DNA of 64,000 nucleotides from Yuukianura sp. NJ FZ-2021 (taxonomy: Eukaryota), in assembly GCA_046563655.1 (NCBI GenBank), contig CM102286.1, forward strand, positions 5,084,001-5,148,000, in the 5' to 3' direction. Every line of letters starts with the position of its first letter. The stretch's first letter is position 1. The notes under the pieces are model-generated. The model had not been told where the DNA came from, did not search any database, and saw only the letters and a list, made by a program, of their open reading frames with translations. A program made the position numbers and the translations under genes. Positions 53,546 through 64,000 of the stretch are shown piece after piece.

Positions 53546-56500
53546 ATGAAGGGTTTAAAAAAGTAAGTGTGAAATTTAATAATTATAAATAATCGGAAAA
53601 ATACAAATACCAAATCGATTATCTTTTAATTAATTTAATTAGCACTTAAATACTAATTTGCTAATTGTTGGTGATTTTTTGAAAGGAGAAATGACGGAAG
53701 TAAACTACAGGAATCAGAACTCAAAGATCTGTCGGAAGACAAGAAAAAGAAGAAGGCAGATGAAACACCGAAGCATCCTCCGGTTTCATATTTCAAACTT
53801 GTAAGAATGTGATGTGCATTTTGAATTAGAAAAACGTTTAATTTGTTCTTTTTTAAATTGTGCAACTTCTTGCAAATATTTAGTTTCGATTTGCCAAGCG
53901 TCTTGAAATTGTGCTGATGCTTGTTGGTGTGGTGGGTGCCATTGTTGGTGGGACTTGCACTCCAGTGATGATAACTTTGTTTGGAAACATCACGCAAATA
54001 TTGATTGATCATCAAGTGCAGCAGTACAATGGGTGAGTAGCACAACTCCTTTTGTATGCAAACTGGTCAAAGGTGAAGTTTGAACAATCCGAATTTGTGA
54101 GGACAGTACATCCTCGGCTGCTGATGACGAGTTTCTGAGCGAGATGGGTAGAAGTTCTTTGTACCTCGCACTTCTTGGCACTTTGGCCTTCATTTCTCTA
54201 TGGGTTGCTGTATCCTGTTTCGGAATTATTTCAAAAAACTTGGTAAACTAAGTATTCTTCTTTGTGCAAAAATTATTCATTTGCAATTCTTGTTCAGACA
54301 TGTCCAATTTCATGATTTCTGCGATTGAGGAATTTTGGAATCAAACCATATTATTTTTTCAGACCCATCGACTACGAATTAAATATTTGCAAGCTCTACT
54401 CCGTCAAAACGTTGGTTGGTTCGATACCGTCCAAGACAAAGCCTTCGTTTCCAGAATTGCTGAGTAAGTTTATTGTAAAAAAAAATGGCGGGCCCTTGGT
54501 GCAAAATTGTTTTGTAATTTGTAGAGATGCTATGAAAGTTCAAGAAGCAACCGGAGAGAAAGTTGGACTTTGCGTTTACTTCCTCACAATTGGAATCCTG
54601 TCTGTTGCTAATGCCTTTTGGCATGGGTGGAAAATGACGCTGGTCGTCCTCAGTTCTGCGCCGGCGCTTGGAATCGTCGGTGGGATAATGACAGCTCTGC
54701 AGTCCAAGCTTGTGCAGGACGAACAAACATCCTATGCAAAGGCAGGAAAAGTAGCTGAAGAGGCAATTGGAAACATACGAACTGGTTTGGCTGAAGTCTT
54801 ACAACTAAATTAAGGTCAAAGGTCAACTTTGAATGAGTTTAAATTTTGAACAGTGTATGCATTCAGTGGACAACGCAAAGAAGCGAATCGATATGAGGAA
54901 GGCCTAGAAATTGCCAGAGTGGCTGGAAAGCGGCGTGGTATAATTTCGGGCATGGCAATCGGCTTAGTTTGGTTCATCATTTATGCTAGCTACGCCCTTG
55001 CATTTTGGTATGGAACAAAACTTGTGATAGAAGAACCTGAAAATTACTCGTATTCGTCGATGTTAGTGGTATGTGGCTTATATAAATAAAAAATCGCCAT
55101 TCATATCAAAATAGTTACATATATTTTCATATTTTTTACTTAATGTTTTGTGCTAACAAAAAGTTTTCATATTTTTCTTGGGCAGGTATTTTTCAGCGTT
55201 TTCCAAGGAGTTTTCATTAGTGCGCAAGCGATGACATATTTTGAAATTTTCGCAGCAGGAAAAGGTTCAGCGGCTGGAATGTACAGTGTGATTGACAGGT
55301 AAACTGTGAAAGTCAAAGCGAAAGTGCGGATCTTAAACAAATCTGCAGAAATATTTGGAAAATTATAGTAATTTTAACAACGACTTAAACAAATTTCCGC
55401 TAATTTTCTTTTCATTATTCAGGACTCCCGAAATAGATGTGTATTCCGACAAAGGGAAGATTCCCGAAAAAAGCAGAGCAACAGGAGAAATTGAATTTCG
55501 GGATGTTCACTTCGAGTATCCGTCCAGACAAGAAGTTCAGGTTAATTCAAAACATTTTAAATGCCTCAACTGCTTTTTGAAAAAACAAGGCAAAATTTGT
55601 TTTGGCAATGCAACTTCTTCTTATTCATTCAGGTGCTACGTGGCTTTTCTTACACTGTGAAACCAGGACAAACTGTCGCAATTGTTGGAAAAAGTGGCTG
55701 TGGAAAGTCGACTGCATTGCAATTACTTCAGCGGTTCTACGACCCTTCACAGGGAGAGGTATATTCTTGCAATCTATGTTCAAAATTTTCAGAATTTAAA
55801 ACCCCTATCCTAACATTTCAAAATTTTTTCGTAGATTCTTTTAGACGGAAATGGCATTAAAGATCTCAATCTGAAATGGCTACGATCTCAAATTGGCGTT
55901 GTCAGCCAAGAACCCGTCCTATTCAACGACACAATTGCCAACAACATCAAATTTGGCAGGGAAAGCGCCTCGACACAAGAAATCGAAGATGCTGCACGTC
56001 AAGCCAATGCGCATGCGTTCATCAAAAAGTTGCCTAAGGTGTGACCGCTTTCGAAGAGGAACAAAAAACAAAGTTTACTCATAATTTTCAAAAATTTCAG
56101 CGCTACGATACAGTTGTTGGTGACCGCGGAACTCAACTAAGCGGTGGTCAGAAGCAGAGGATTGCCATTGCTAGAGCCATAGTTCGACAATGTCCGATTT
56201 TGCTTCTGGATGAAGCCACTTCAGCACTGGACACACAAAGTGAAGCCATTGTTCAAGCGGCTCTAGACCGCGCTACTATTGGTCGCACAACCCTAATAGT
56301 TGCCCATCGCCTTTCAACAATCAGAAACGCCAATGTTATCATTGTGCTTGATGAGGGAAAAGTAAGTTTCCGAATTTTAAATGCCATTTTTAAGCAATTT
56401 TTTAAGTCCTATTTTGTTAAACTCTTGAAAATTCAGATTGCTGAGTTTGGGACGCACTCTGAGCTTCTGGCCAAAGGCGGTTTATACCATGGTTTAGTAA

Positions 56501-59101
56501 CCTCTCAGTTGGCAAATGACCTTGACCTGGACAACATCTCAGCAGAAGATAACAAAGATTATGTTGACTCTATCATTAGAAGGAAAAGTATACCAGAAGA
56601 TGAAGAAACTGAGGTGTATGTTCCACCGCCCGATGAAGGAGAAATGGATGTAAGCCAATAATTGATTGTTTGCTTTCCTAAGAAAAGATTTTGAAGGTTT
56701 TGAAAATTGGCGGTTACAGGCAAAGACCTTGGCGAAGAAGGCGTCTGTTCTGCGGATGTTCAAATTGAACAAGAAAGAGTGGCCGTACATTTTGTTAGGT
56801 TGTGTCAGTGCCGTCATACAAGGTGCAATGGTCCCATTGTATTCCATTTTGTACGGAGAATTTCTGGGCGCCTTAGCAGGACCGAATCCCCAAGAAGAAG
56901 CAAATCGATATTCATTGTATTTCCTTGGAATTGGAATAATCGCTGGAAGTGCACAATTTCTTCAAGGATTCAGTTTTACAATTTCCGGAGAAGCCTTGAC
57001 TATGAGAATTCGGAAATTGTACTTTGATGCCATTTTGAGTCAGGAAATTGGTTGGTTCGACGATTCGCGCAGGAGCGTTGGCGGTCTCTGCACAAGACTT
57101 TCTGACGACGCTGCAAGTGTGGCTGGGGTAACAATTTAAACTTCATAATTTCATACTTCGTTTTTGGAAAAGTGGTGATTTTTTTTTTGCCTAGGTCACT
57201 GGAACCAGAATTGGTGTAATTTTTCAAGCTGTGTCAATTTTGACAATTTCTATTGGGATTTCGATGTACTATTCACCAAAGCTAGGCGCCGTCGCCTTAC
57301 TTTTTGCTCCCTTTATTCTGCTTGCCTCGTACTTTGGCGGATTTATCATGACGAAACAAAACGTAGGGGAGATGGCAGCACAAGAGGGATCGGCTAAGGT
57401 AGCAGTCGAATCTGTGTCTAATATTAGAACAGTGGCAAGTCTTGGAAAAGAACAATCCGTCTGTAAGGAATACAGTGGCCAACTTGAAAAATCACACAAG
57501 TAAACGTCAAAGGGCAACTGGTTTGCATAATTTTTGAAATGACCTGTAACAGTGTAACAAGTTTAAGCTTGTTTTATAGGAGCAGCAAGAAGGCTGCTTA
57601 TGTCCAGGGGTTTACAATTGGACTTGGACAAGCAGTGCCTCTTTGGGCGTATGCTACTGTCATGTACTACGGAGCTATTTTGATTGTAAAGGAGAACGAA
57701 ACGTACGACAATGTTTTCAAAGTTGCGCAAGCGCTGATTTTCGGGTCAATGATGGTGGGACAAGCACTTTCGTTTGGTAACGGAAACAAGTGAACTGTTT
57801 TAAAAATTTATATTTAAAATTGTTTTACGTATTTCAGCACCAAACTACTTCAAAGCAAAGGTTTCATCGGCCAGGATTCAAATGCTGTTGGACAGAAAGC
57901 CACTCATCGAAAGTGGAGAGGCCGGACTTCGAATAGTAAAAAACTTACCAAAACAATTCTTAAACAAAAAGAAAATGTAAAATTATAAATTACCCGGAAT
58001 TTGGTTTTTTAGAAAAGTGCTGTTGGAGATGTTGCGTTTAAAGACGTTGTGTTTAGCTACCCAACACGCCCAATGATTAAAGTGTTAAACGGACTAAGTT
58101 TTGAGGTCAAATTTGGAAAGAGTTTAGCTTTAGTTGGACATTCCGGATGTGGTAAATCCAGTTGCATCAATCTCATCCTCAGATTTTATGATCCATTAAG
58201 CGGAAAAGTTGTAAGTTTTTTTTTCTTCAAATTTGTCTTTTAAAAATTTTCTGATTTGTAGATAATTTTTGCACGGACTTTGACATTTCAGAATCTTGAT
58301 GGGATGGACATATCTCAATTACATGTGGAATCTTTGCGATCTCAAATGAGTATTGTCTCACAGGAACCGGCATGTGAGTTAGCAAATGTCATGTTTTTAG
58401 CACAACCATGTCAAATTTAAAATTCAATTTGAAAAATCTGACATGTTCTTAGTATTTGACCTCACATTGCGTGAGAACATTGCGTATGGTGACAACTCTC
58501 GAGAAGTTGACATGGCCGAAATCATCCAAGCTGCTAAAATGGCGAATGTCCACAACGTCATCTGCGCTCTGCCAGCGCAATATGAAACACGAGTAGGTGA
58601 ACTTGGATCACAGTTGAGCGGAGGTCAAAAGCAACGTGTAGCCATTGCACGAGCTCTCGTCAAAGGAGTCGACGGGCCTAAAATTCTACTTTTAGATGAA
58701 GGTACATTTAGCATTTTCAGATTCACTTTATGAAAACTGTGGAGTAACATTTTTAATTAATATAATTGGTTAGCTACTTCTGCTCTGGACATGGAAAGTG
58801 AGAAAGTTGTTCAAGATGCTCTAAACGAAGCTAGCGTTGGAAGAACAACAATAACCATTGCTCATCGGTAACATTCCATCTTTGTTCGGCTCTCTTTTAA
58901 TATTTTTTAAAAATAATTTTCACTTTAACTTCAAACCGATTATTCAAAATTTGATTGGTTCCCAGTTTGACGAGTATCCAGAATGCCGACCAAATTCTAG
59001 TACTTCAAGACAAAATCCTCGCAGAAGCCGGTACTCATGCAGAACTTATTCAGAAAAAAGGAATTTACTATCAGCTATGGAGTGTCCAAGGACATAAATA
59101 A
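53546..59101 (+). CDS. ABCB1: ABC transporter subfamily B full transporter (P-glycoprotein / multidrug resistance protein), 22 coding exons, 1264 aa
   Basis: Exons 53546-53562, 53686-53800, 53884-54032, 54107-54242, 54363-54463, 54525-54784, 54854-55068, 55186-55298, 55423-55540, 55633-55758, 55835-56038, 56101-56361, 56437-56649, 56720-57127, 57195-57499, 57580-57776, 57838-57935, 58013-58210, 58292-58373, 58453-58701, 58774-58867 and 58966-59101 join in frame (3795 nt, all GT-AG). Architecture is TMD-NBD-TMD-NBD with Walker A GKSGCGKS and GHSGCGKS, Q-loops VSQEP, signature LSGGQKQR twice, Walker [12 protein letters not shown] twice and AHRL H-loops. The symbol denotes the family, not one-to-one orthology. 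Confidence 0.97.
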
Positions 59102-60510
59102 GTCAGAATCACGCAGTCAAATTATGAAAATATTCTTGTTAGATTAATTTAAATTGTTAAATTACAAAAAAATATTTACAACTCCATCTAATACAGCGCG
59201 AATAAGTTCCTGTTTTGCTATAATTTTGCCTAAAACTCTAATGTGCACTAATGCCAGAATAATGCTTTTGATTTGACCTGGCCAGACGGCGCGATGACGC
59301 ACGTCAAATGTTGCTAAAAAAAGAAATACAATAGCAAATTAAATTTACTATATCATTGATTAGATAATCGGCGAAAAATTGATGGTGCAGAAGTAAGATT
59401 TTCTTTCGAAGTTGGAATGATAGCTTGTAAATCGCAGTTTATTTGACCTAACTAACCGTTGGCCTTGATCAGCACGATGACAGATAAATACGTAACGTTT
59501 CCTGTGTAATGTGATAAACAGTCAACATTATTTATTACAATCAACAAACAGCAACTCACCTTTTTTGTCGAATAGAATTGTACTAATTTGCAAACAACCT
59601 GTTATTCTTTTGTGCTTGCAAAAAACACCATTCGATCGTTCCGAAGAAAAATATTTTCCACGAAAACGACTGGCCTAATGCTGTTTTCTTTTATGCCCTT
59701 TTGTTTTCTTTTGCATTGTTCGTTCCAAAAGCTTTACTTGCACAGAACTAATGAATTTTTGCCTTGACTAATTACAGCCACTACTATTTTACCTACACTA
59801 AGGTAACTGAATCCGAGTTGTCCAGTCGGCAGACTTCGCCCAGCATTCCCAGTGGAAACAACAATTCCAACCACCATCTTCATCGTTCTTATTGTAAAAC
59901 AGAGCTCATATGAATCAACTTACTGTTTGTTCTTACTTCACCTAACCATTCGCTACGAATCATAATTCTGACTCCAACCTTTCTCAACGGACCGCGAAGG
60001 ATCCGTAAGACGTTCACTCGTGAAACAAACGCTTAAGAGCTATTTTTAAAGCCACAAAATTTTTTGCAGTAGCCGGCCTTCAGCGGAGTGACTCATTCGG
60101 AATCACTTTTGCGCCAGAGAGCCGGAGTCAGCGAAATAAATAAATGTGGCTTTAATTTGCTAAATAGCAAAATATCCACTTGAACCAACCCATTACCACC
60201 CATCAGCTACTACGAAGCAATACGATAGTGAACAGTGGAGTTTTCTAAAAATATTCTCTGAATTTTTCGATTTAACTAAACAAATTATCATAACTGTGCA
60301 GTTAGTGTGGTTCTGTTCATCAGTGAACCTATTGTCATTTTTTCCAGATTGTGGTATTCGTTTGGTGTTGACGCAGGTTTTCACAACGTTCAGATTTTTG
60401 TGAAGGTAATTGAGAGAAAACTTTTTGATTCGGTTTTTATAAATTCTATTCATTAGTACACAACAGAAAAATATTGATTGCCTGTTCTCCATAGGTAGCT
60501 GAAAGACAAA

Positions 60511-60771
60511 ATGTTTGGGAAAACGACGTTACCAATCATAGGCATCTTCCTAATTTTGGCACAAGCGCAAGTCGACGCTGGTCCAGCGGCGTATGGTATT
60601 TGCCAAGCCGGTTGCGCTGCAGTTGTTGTGGCATGCTATGGAGCGGCTGGAGCCGTTTTTGGAACTGTAACGGCCGGCGTTGGCGTGCCAGCAGCAGTTG
60701 TCGCATGTAATACCGCTTTCGGTACTTGTCAAGGGGCTTGTTGGGCAGCTCTCATAGCACCCACGCCTTGA
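60511..60771 (+). CDS. Small secreted Cys/Ala/Gly-rich protein (zygote-specific class V-like / fungal-type cysteine-rich family), copy 1, 86 aa
   Basis: Intronless CDS with TATAAA at 60438 and CAAAATG start context. Signal peptide ends VDA. Mature sequence GPAAYGICQAGCAAVVVACY...CNTAFGTCQGACWAALIAPTP has 6 Cys. The frame is preserved in the duplicate. The family label is from recall of similar proteins, not from a search. Confidence 0.9.
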   Translation: MFGKTTLPIIGIFLILAQAQVDAGPAAYGICQAGCAAVVVACYGAAGAVFGTVTAGVGVPAAVVACNTAFGTCQGACWAALIAPTP

Positions 60772-61581
60772 ACAAAACTTCTCAAAACGATTTGATTGTG
60801 TATAGATTGCCATTAGTGTCAATAACTGCCAATGTTATGCTTAATCTCAATAGATTCATACTTACAAAATAACTTGTCGAGTTAACGTGTTTTAATTTTT
60901 TCCTTATTAATTACGATTATCTAACTTTAAGTCAAATACGAATCAACTACTTTACTGTTTACAATCTCGACCTGCGGAATCCAATCTCAAATGACATCTT
61001 GCTTTAAATAAAAATTTGGGCAGTTTGACTTGGAAATGTTCATCAAAATCATTTTTGCATGACGGTGTTACAGCGGTATTTTGACCACCGTTTCCAGGGT
61101 ATTCGTAAGCCTAAAAGTGCTATTTTTAAAGCTTCAAAAATTTTTGCAGTAGCCGGCCTTCAACGGAGTGACTCATTCCGGATAAGTTTTGCGCCGGAGA
61201 GCCAGCCGGAGTCAGCGAAATAAATAAGTGTGGGTTTAATTTGCTAATAGCAAAATATCCACTTGAACCAAGTCATACCACCCATCAGCTACTACGAAGC
61301 ATTACGATAGTGAACAGTGGAGTTTTTTAGAAATATTCTCTGAATTTTCGATTTAACTAAACGAATTATCACAAATGTGCAGTCAGTGTTGTTCTGTTCA
61401 TCAGTGATACAACTTTTCCAGCTTGTAGTGTTCGTTTGGCGTAGGTTTTCACAACGTTCAGATTTTCCAGAAGGTATTGAATTGAGTGAAAAGTTTTTGA
61501 TCCAGCTTTTATAAATTCTATTCATAGTACACTACAGAAAAATATTCCGTGCTTTTTTCCATAAGCAGCATGAAAAACAAA

Positions 61582-61845
61582 ATGTTCCGGAAAAGGACGA
61601 TACAAATCCTAGCCATCTTCCTAGCCATTTTGGCACAAGCGCAAGTCAACGCTGGTCCAGCGGCGTATGCTATTTGCCAAGCCGGTTGCGCTGCAGTTGT
61701 TGTGGCGTGCTACGCAGCGGCTGGATTTGTTTTTGGAACTGTTACGGCCGGCGTCGGCGTACCACCAGCGCTAATCGCATGTAATACCGCTTTCGGTGCT
61801 TGTCAAGCGGCTTGTTGGGCAGCTCTCATAGCACCCACGCCTTGA
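61582..61845 (+). CDS. Small secreted Cys/Ala/Gly-rich protein, copy 2, 87 aa
   Basis: Paralogue of 60511-60771. The ATG at 61582 is positionally equivalent to that of copy 1 (an in-frame ATG also exists at 61570). All 6 Cys and the APTP C-terminus are conserved. Confidence 0.9.
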   Translation: MFRKRTIQILAIFLAILAQAQVNAGPAAYAICQAGCAAVVVACYAAAGFVFGTVTAGVGVPPALIACNTAFGACQAACWAALIAPTP

Positions 61846-63849
61846 ACAACACTTCCTCAAAACGAATTTATTGTGTATAGTTTGCCATTAGTGTCAATAA
61901 CTGTGAATGTTATGCTTTTAATCTCAATAGATTCCTACTTACAAAGTTACTTGTCGAGTTAACGTGTCTTAATTTTTCCCTTATTAATTACGATTAACTA
62001 ACTATAAGTAAAATACAAATCAACTACATTACTGTTTACAATCCAATCACGACCTGAGGAATTCAATCTCAAATGACATCTTGTTTTAAATAAAAATTTT
62101 TGGGCAGTTTGACTTGGAAATGTTCACTAGATTCCAAATTTTTTCTCCATAAATAAGTATAACTGGCGACACTACAGTGCATTAATTTGAAAGTGAATTG
62201 ATCGAAGAATGTCAACAGTATAAACGATAGTGCGAGGATCGAGAGGGAGGATTTCTCAGAGTCGATTTAGTGAAAGCTCTTGTTCTTAATCCTAACCCAA
62301 GGCTGCATAGTAGAACTTGAAATGAGCTTTAATAATTTTTGGTATCATGCTTCACAAAACAACCTCCGTCTGTCTCTTATTCTTAATTGCAAATTGCAAA
62401 ACACAAACAGAAATGCTTCCCGGGCACAACGGCACTCCTAAACTTCAAAAAAGTATCCCGCTCCTCCAGAAGAAAGAAAGAAATTGCATCAAAGAGGCTT
62501 TCTCCTCCGCTAAAACCATAGCGTTGGAAGAAATTAAGATAAATGTGGATTTTATATTAAAGGATGCTTAGCACAAATCCAAATTATAATAACCCTTCGT
62601 TCATCTAACAAACTACGAGCATCAACCAATGCGCTTTCGAATTTCTTTCCCGGGAGAGAAAACAGAGAGGAGCAGAGAAAGTGGATTTTCTCATCCACAT
62701 CTTTTTCCAGCTAAGGACTTCACCTGATATTGATCAAATAATGGAAATTGATGAAGGGACGACTGGGACTTGAGTCGTGCTTTCACTGTTTCCATTAGAA
62801 CCTGCACAAATAAGGTCACATACGGAAGCAGGAAAAACAGAAGAGTTTGAATCGGCACGAATAGTCCCTAACTTCTTGATTCAGTTTGAACATTACAAGA
62901 AATACGTAGCCATAAGTTCAAACAGAGGTCATTATAATTTAATATAACTAAAAACAACTTTTTGAGTTTAAAAAAAATGAACGCAAGAGTATAAAAATTG
63001 GCCCAAAGAGTCACCTTTTTCAAAGTAATAAACGTTTTGAAAAAAAAAAAACTTTCTCTTCCTTTTGAAAATACAATACTTTCCCTACATACTCACACTA
63101 TTAAAGGAAGTTCAAAAACTTCTAAAACTTTTGCAAAATTCAGAAGGTGTTAGCACAAACATTCCCTTCCACCTTAACGGGAAATAATATTGCTCTGGGA
63201 AATAGTGTAATTTGTTTTGTGTTTCTTTACCTTAGATTCACTTACCTGTCTTATTTCCAGTGCTAAATGACGGAACAAATGTCTGATTTTCTTTGAGTAA
63301 AAAGAAATACATTAGCAGAGGGCTTACAACTAGTAACAAATGGCGGAAATCAAACCTAATTGAACGAGTGGACTGTAATTCAATTCCTCATGTCTTTTGT
63401 TAGGAGAAAGCACAAAGGAATTTAAGTAGAATAGACAAAGTGGAGCAGATGACGCGTACGTTTTGGTATTTTATTTTTTTGTATATTATTACGTTTACTA
63501 TTCTTACTTGCTTACGTTAGGTTTTATAAGTTTCTTGTAGTACAATGGAAAAGGAAGCTAGAATTACACCTAAATTGGTTAAACGACTGAACAAATAAGT
63601 AACGTGGTTTAGCAAGGCGTAATCTAACTGTAGTCACGGAAGTTGGGGTAATGTGTTGTACTTGTCGATTTAACATTTTTACATTACAAAAATTTTAATA
63701 ATAATTAGCGAATGTGTTAATCAAAGTGCCAATTTATATCAAACAATTAACGCAACGAACGATTTTAATCTTGCATTATAAGAAAGTAATTGAATTTAGT
63801 TTTTAGAATTTATTGGCAGCGTCGTGATTGATTTGTTTGTAGTGCGTAT

Positions 63850-63861
63850 GCGCCATCTATG
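63850..63861 (-). promoter_or_regulatory. Candidate CTCF-binding motif
   Basis: GCGCCATCTATG reads CATAGATGGCGC on the minus strand, matching the insect CTCF core TAGATGGCGC; motif match only. Confidence 0.3.
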
Positions 63862-64000
63862 ACCTGACAGACACCACACTTGAAGCGGAAAATTTAAATT
63901 TTTACTACCGAGACTCGACTCAGATTCAGGGACGGGAATCCCGTTTATGGTTTATTACCGGCGTATCCCGGGTGGGTACTATGCAGAAAGAAGACAAAAA

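Larger units (their letters stand above)
60039..62126 (+). repeat. Tandem segmental duplication of about 1.0 kb (period about 1080 bp), including promoter, gene and 3' flank
   Basis: Copy 1 spans about 60039-61042 and copy 2 about 61119-62126. Both begin GCTATTTTTAAAGC...TTTTTGCAGTAGCCGGCCTTCA and end GGGCAGTTTGACTTGGAAATGTTCA, and they are colinear throughout with small indels. Confidence 0.95.

Overview
Eukaryotic, AT-rich, gene-sparse window with mostly short (about 60-130 nt) spliceosomal introns. The host is most likely an arthropod, plausibly a springtail or other basal hexapod; this is inferred from gene content and TTAGG tracts, not proven. Six protein-coding genes could be reconstructed by hand-splicing: (1) a 4-exon cytochrome-b5-fused front-end fatty acid desaturase (419 aa, one GC-AG intron) resembling protist rather than vertebrate FADS enzymes; (2) a small spliced defensin-like CS-alpha-beta peptide gene with 7 Cys, absent from the ORF track; (3) a minus-strand type I membrane protein with two Sushi/CCP domains whose first two coding exons appear separated by a 22 kb intron; (4) a 22-exon full-length ABCB/P-glycoprotein (1264 aa); (5,6) a recent 1.08 kb tandem duplication carrying two intronless secreted, uncharged 6-Cys peptides of a family I recall mainly from fungi, oomycetes and algae. 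Also present are two related foldback/MITE-like elements, an intronic inverted repeat and several recurring non-coding motifs. No rRNA, intact tRNA, CRISPR array or autonomous transposon was seen. Most short ORFs in the supplied track look spurious.
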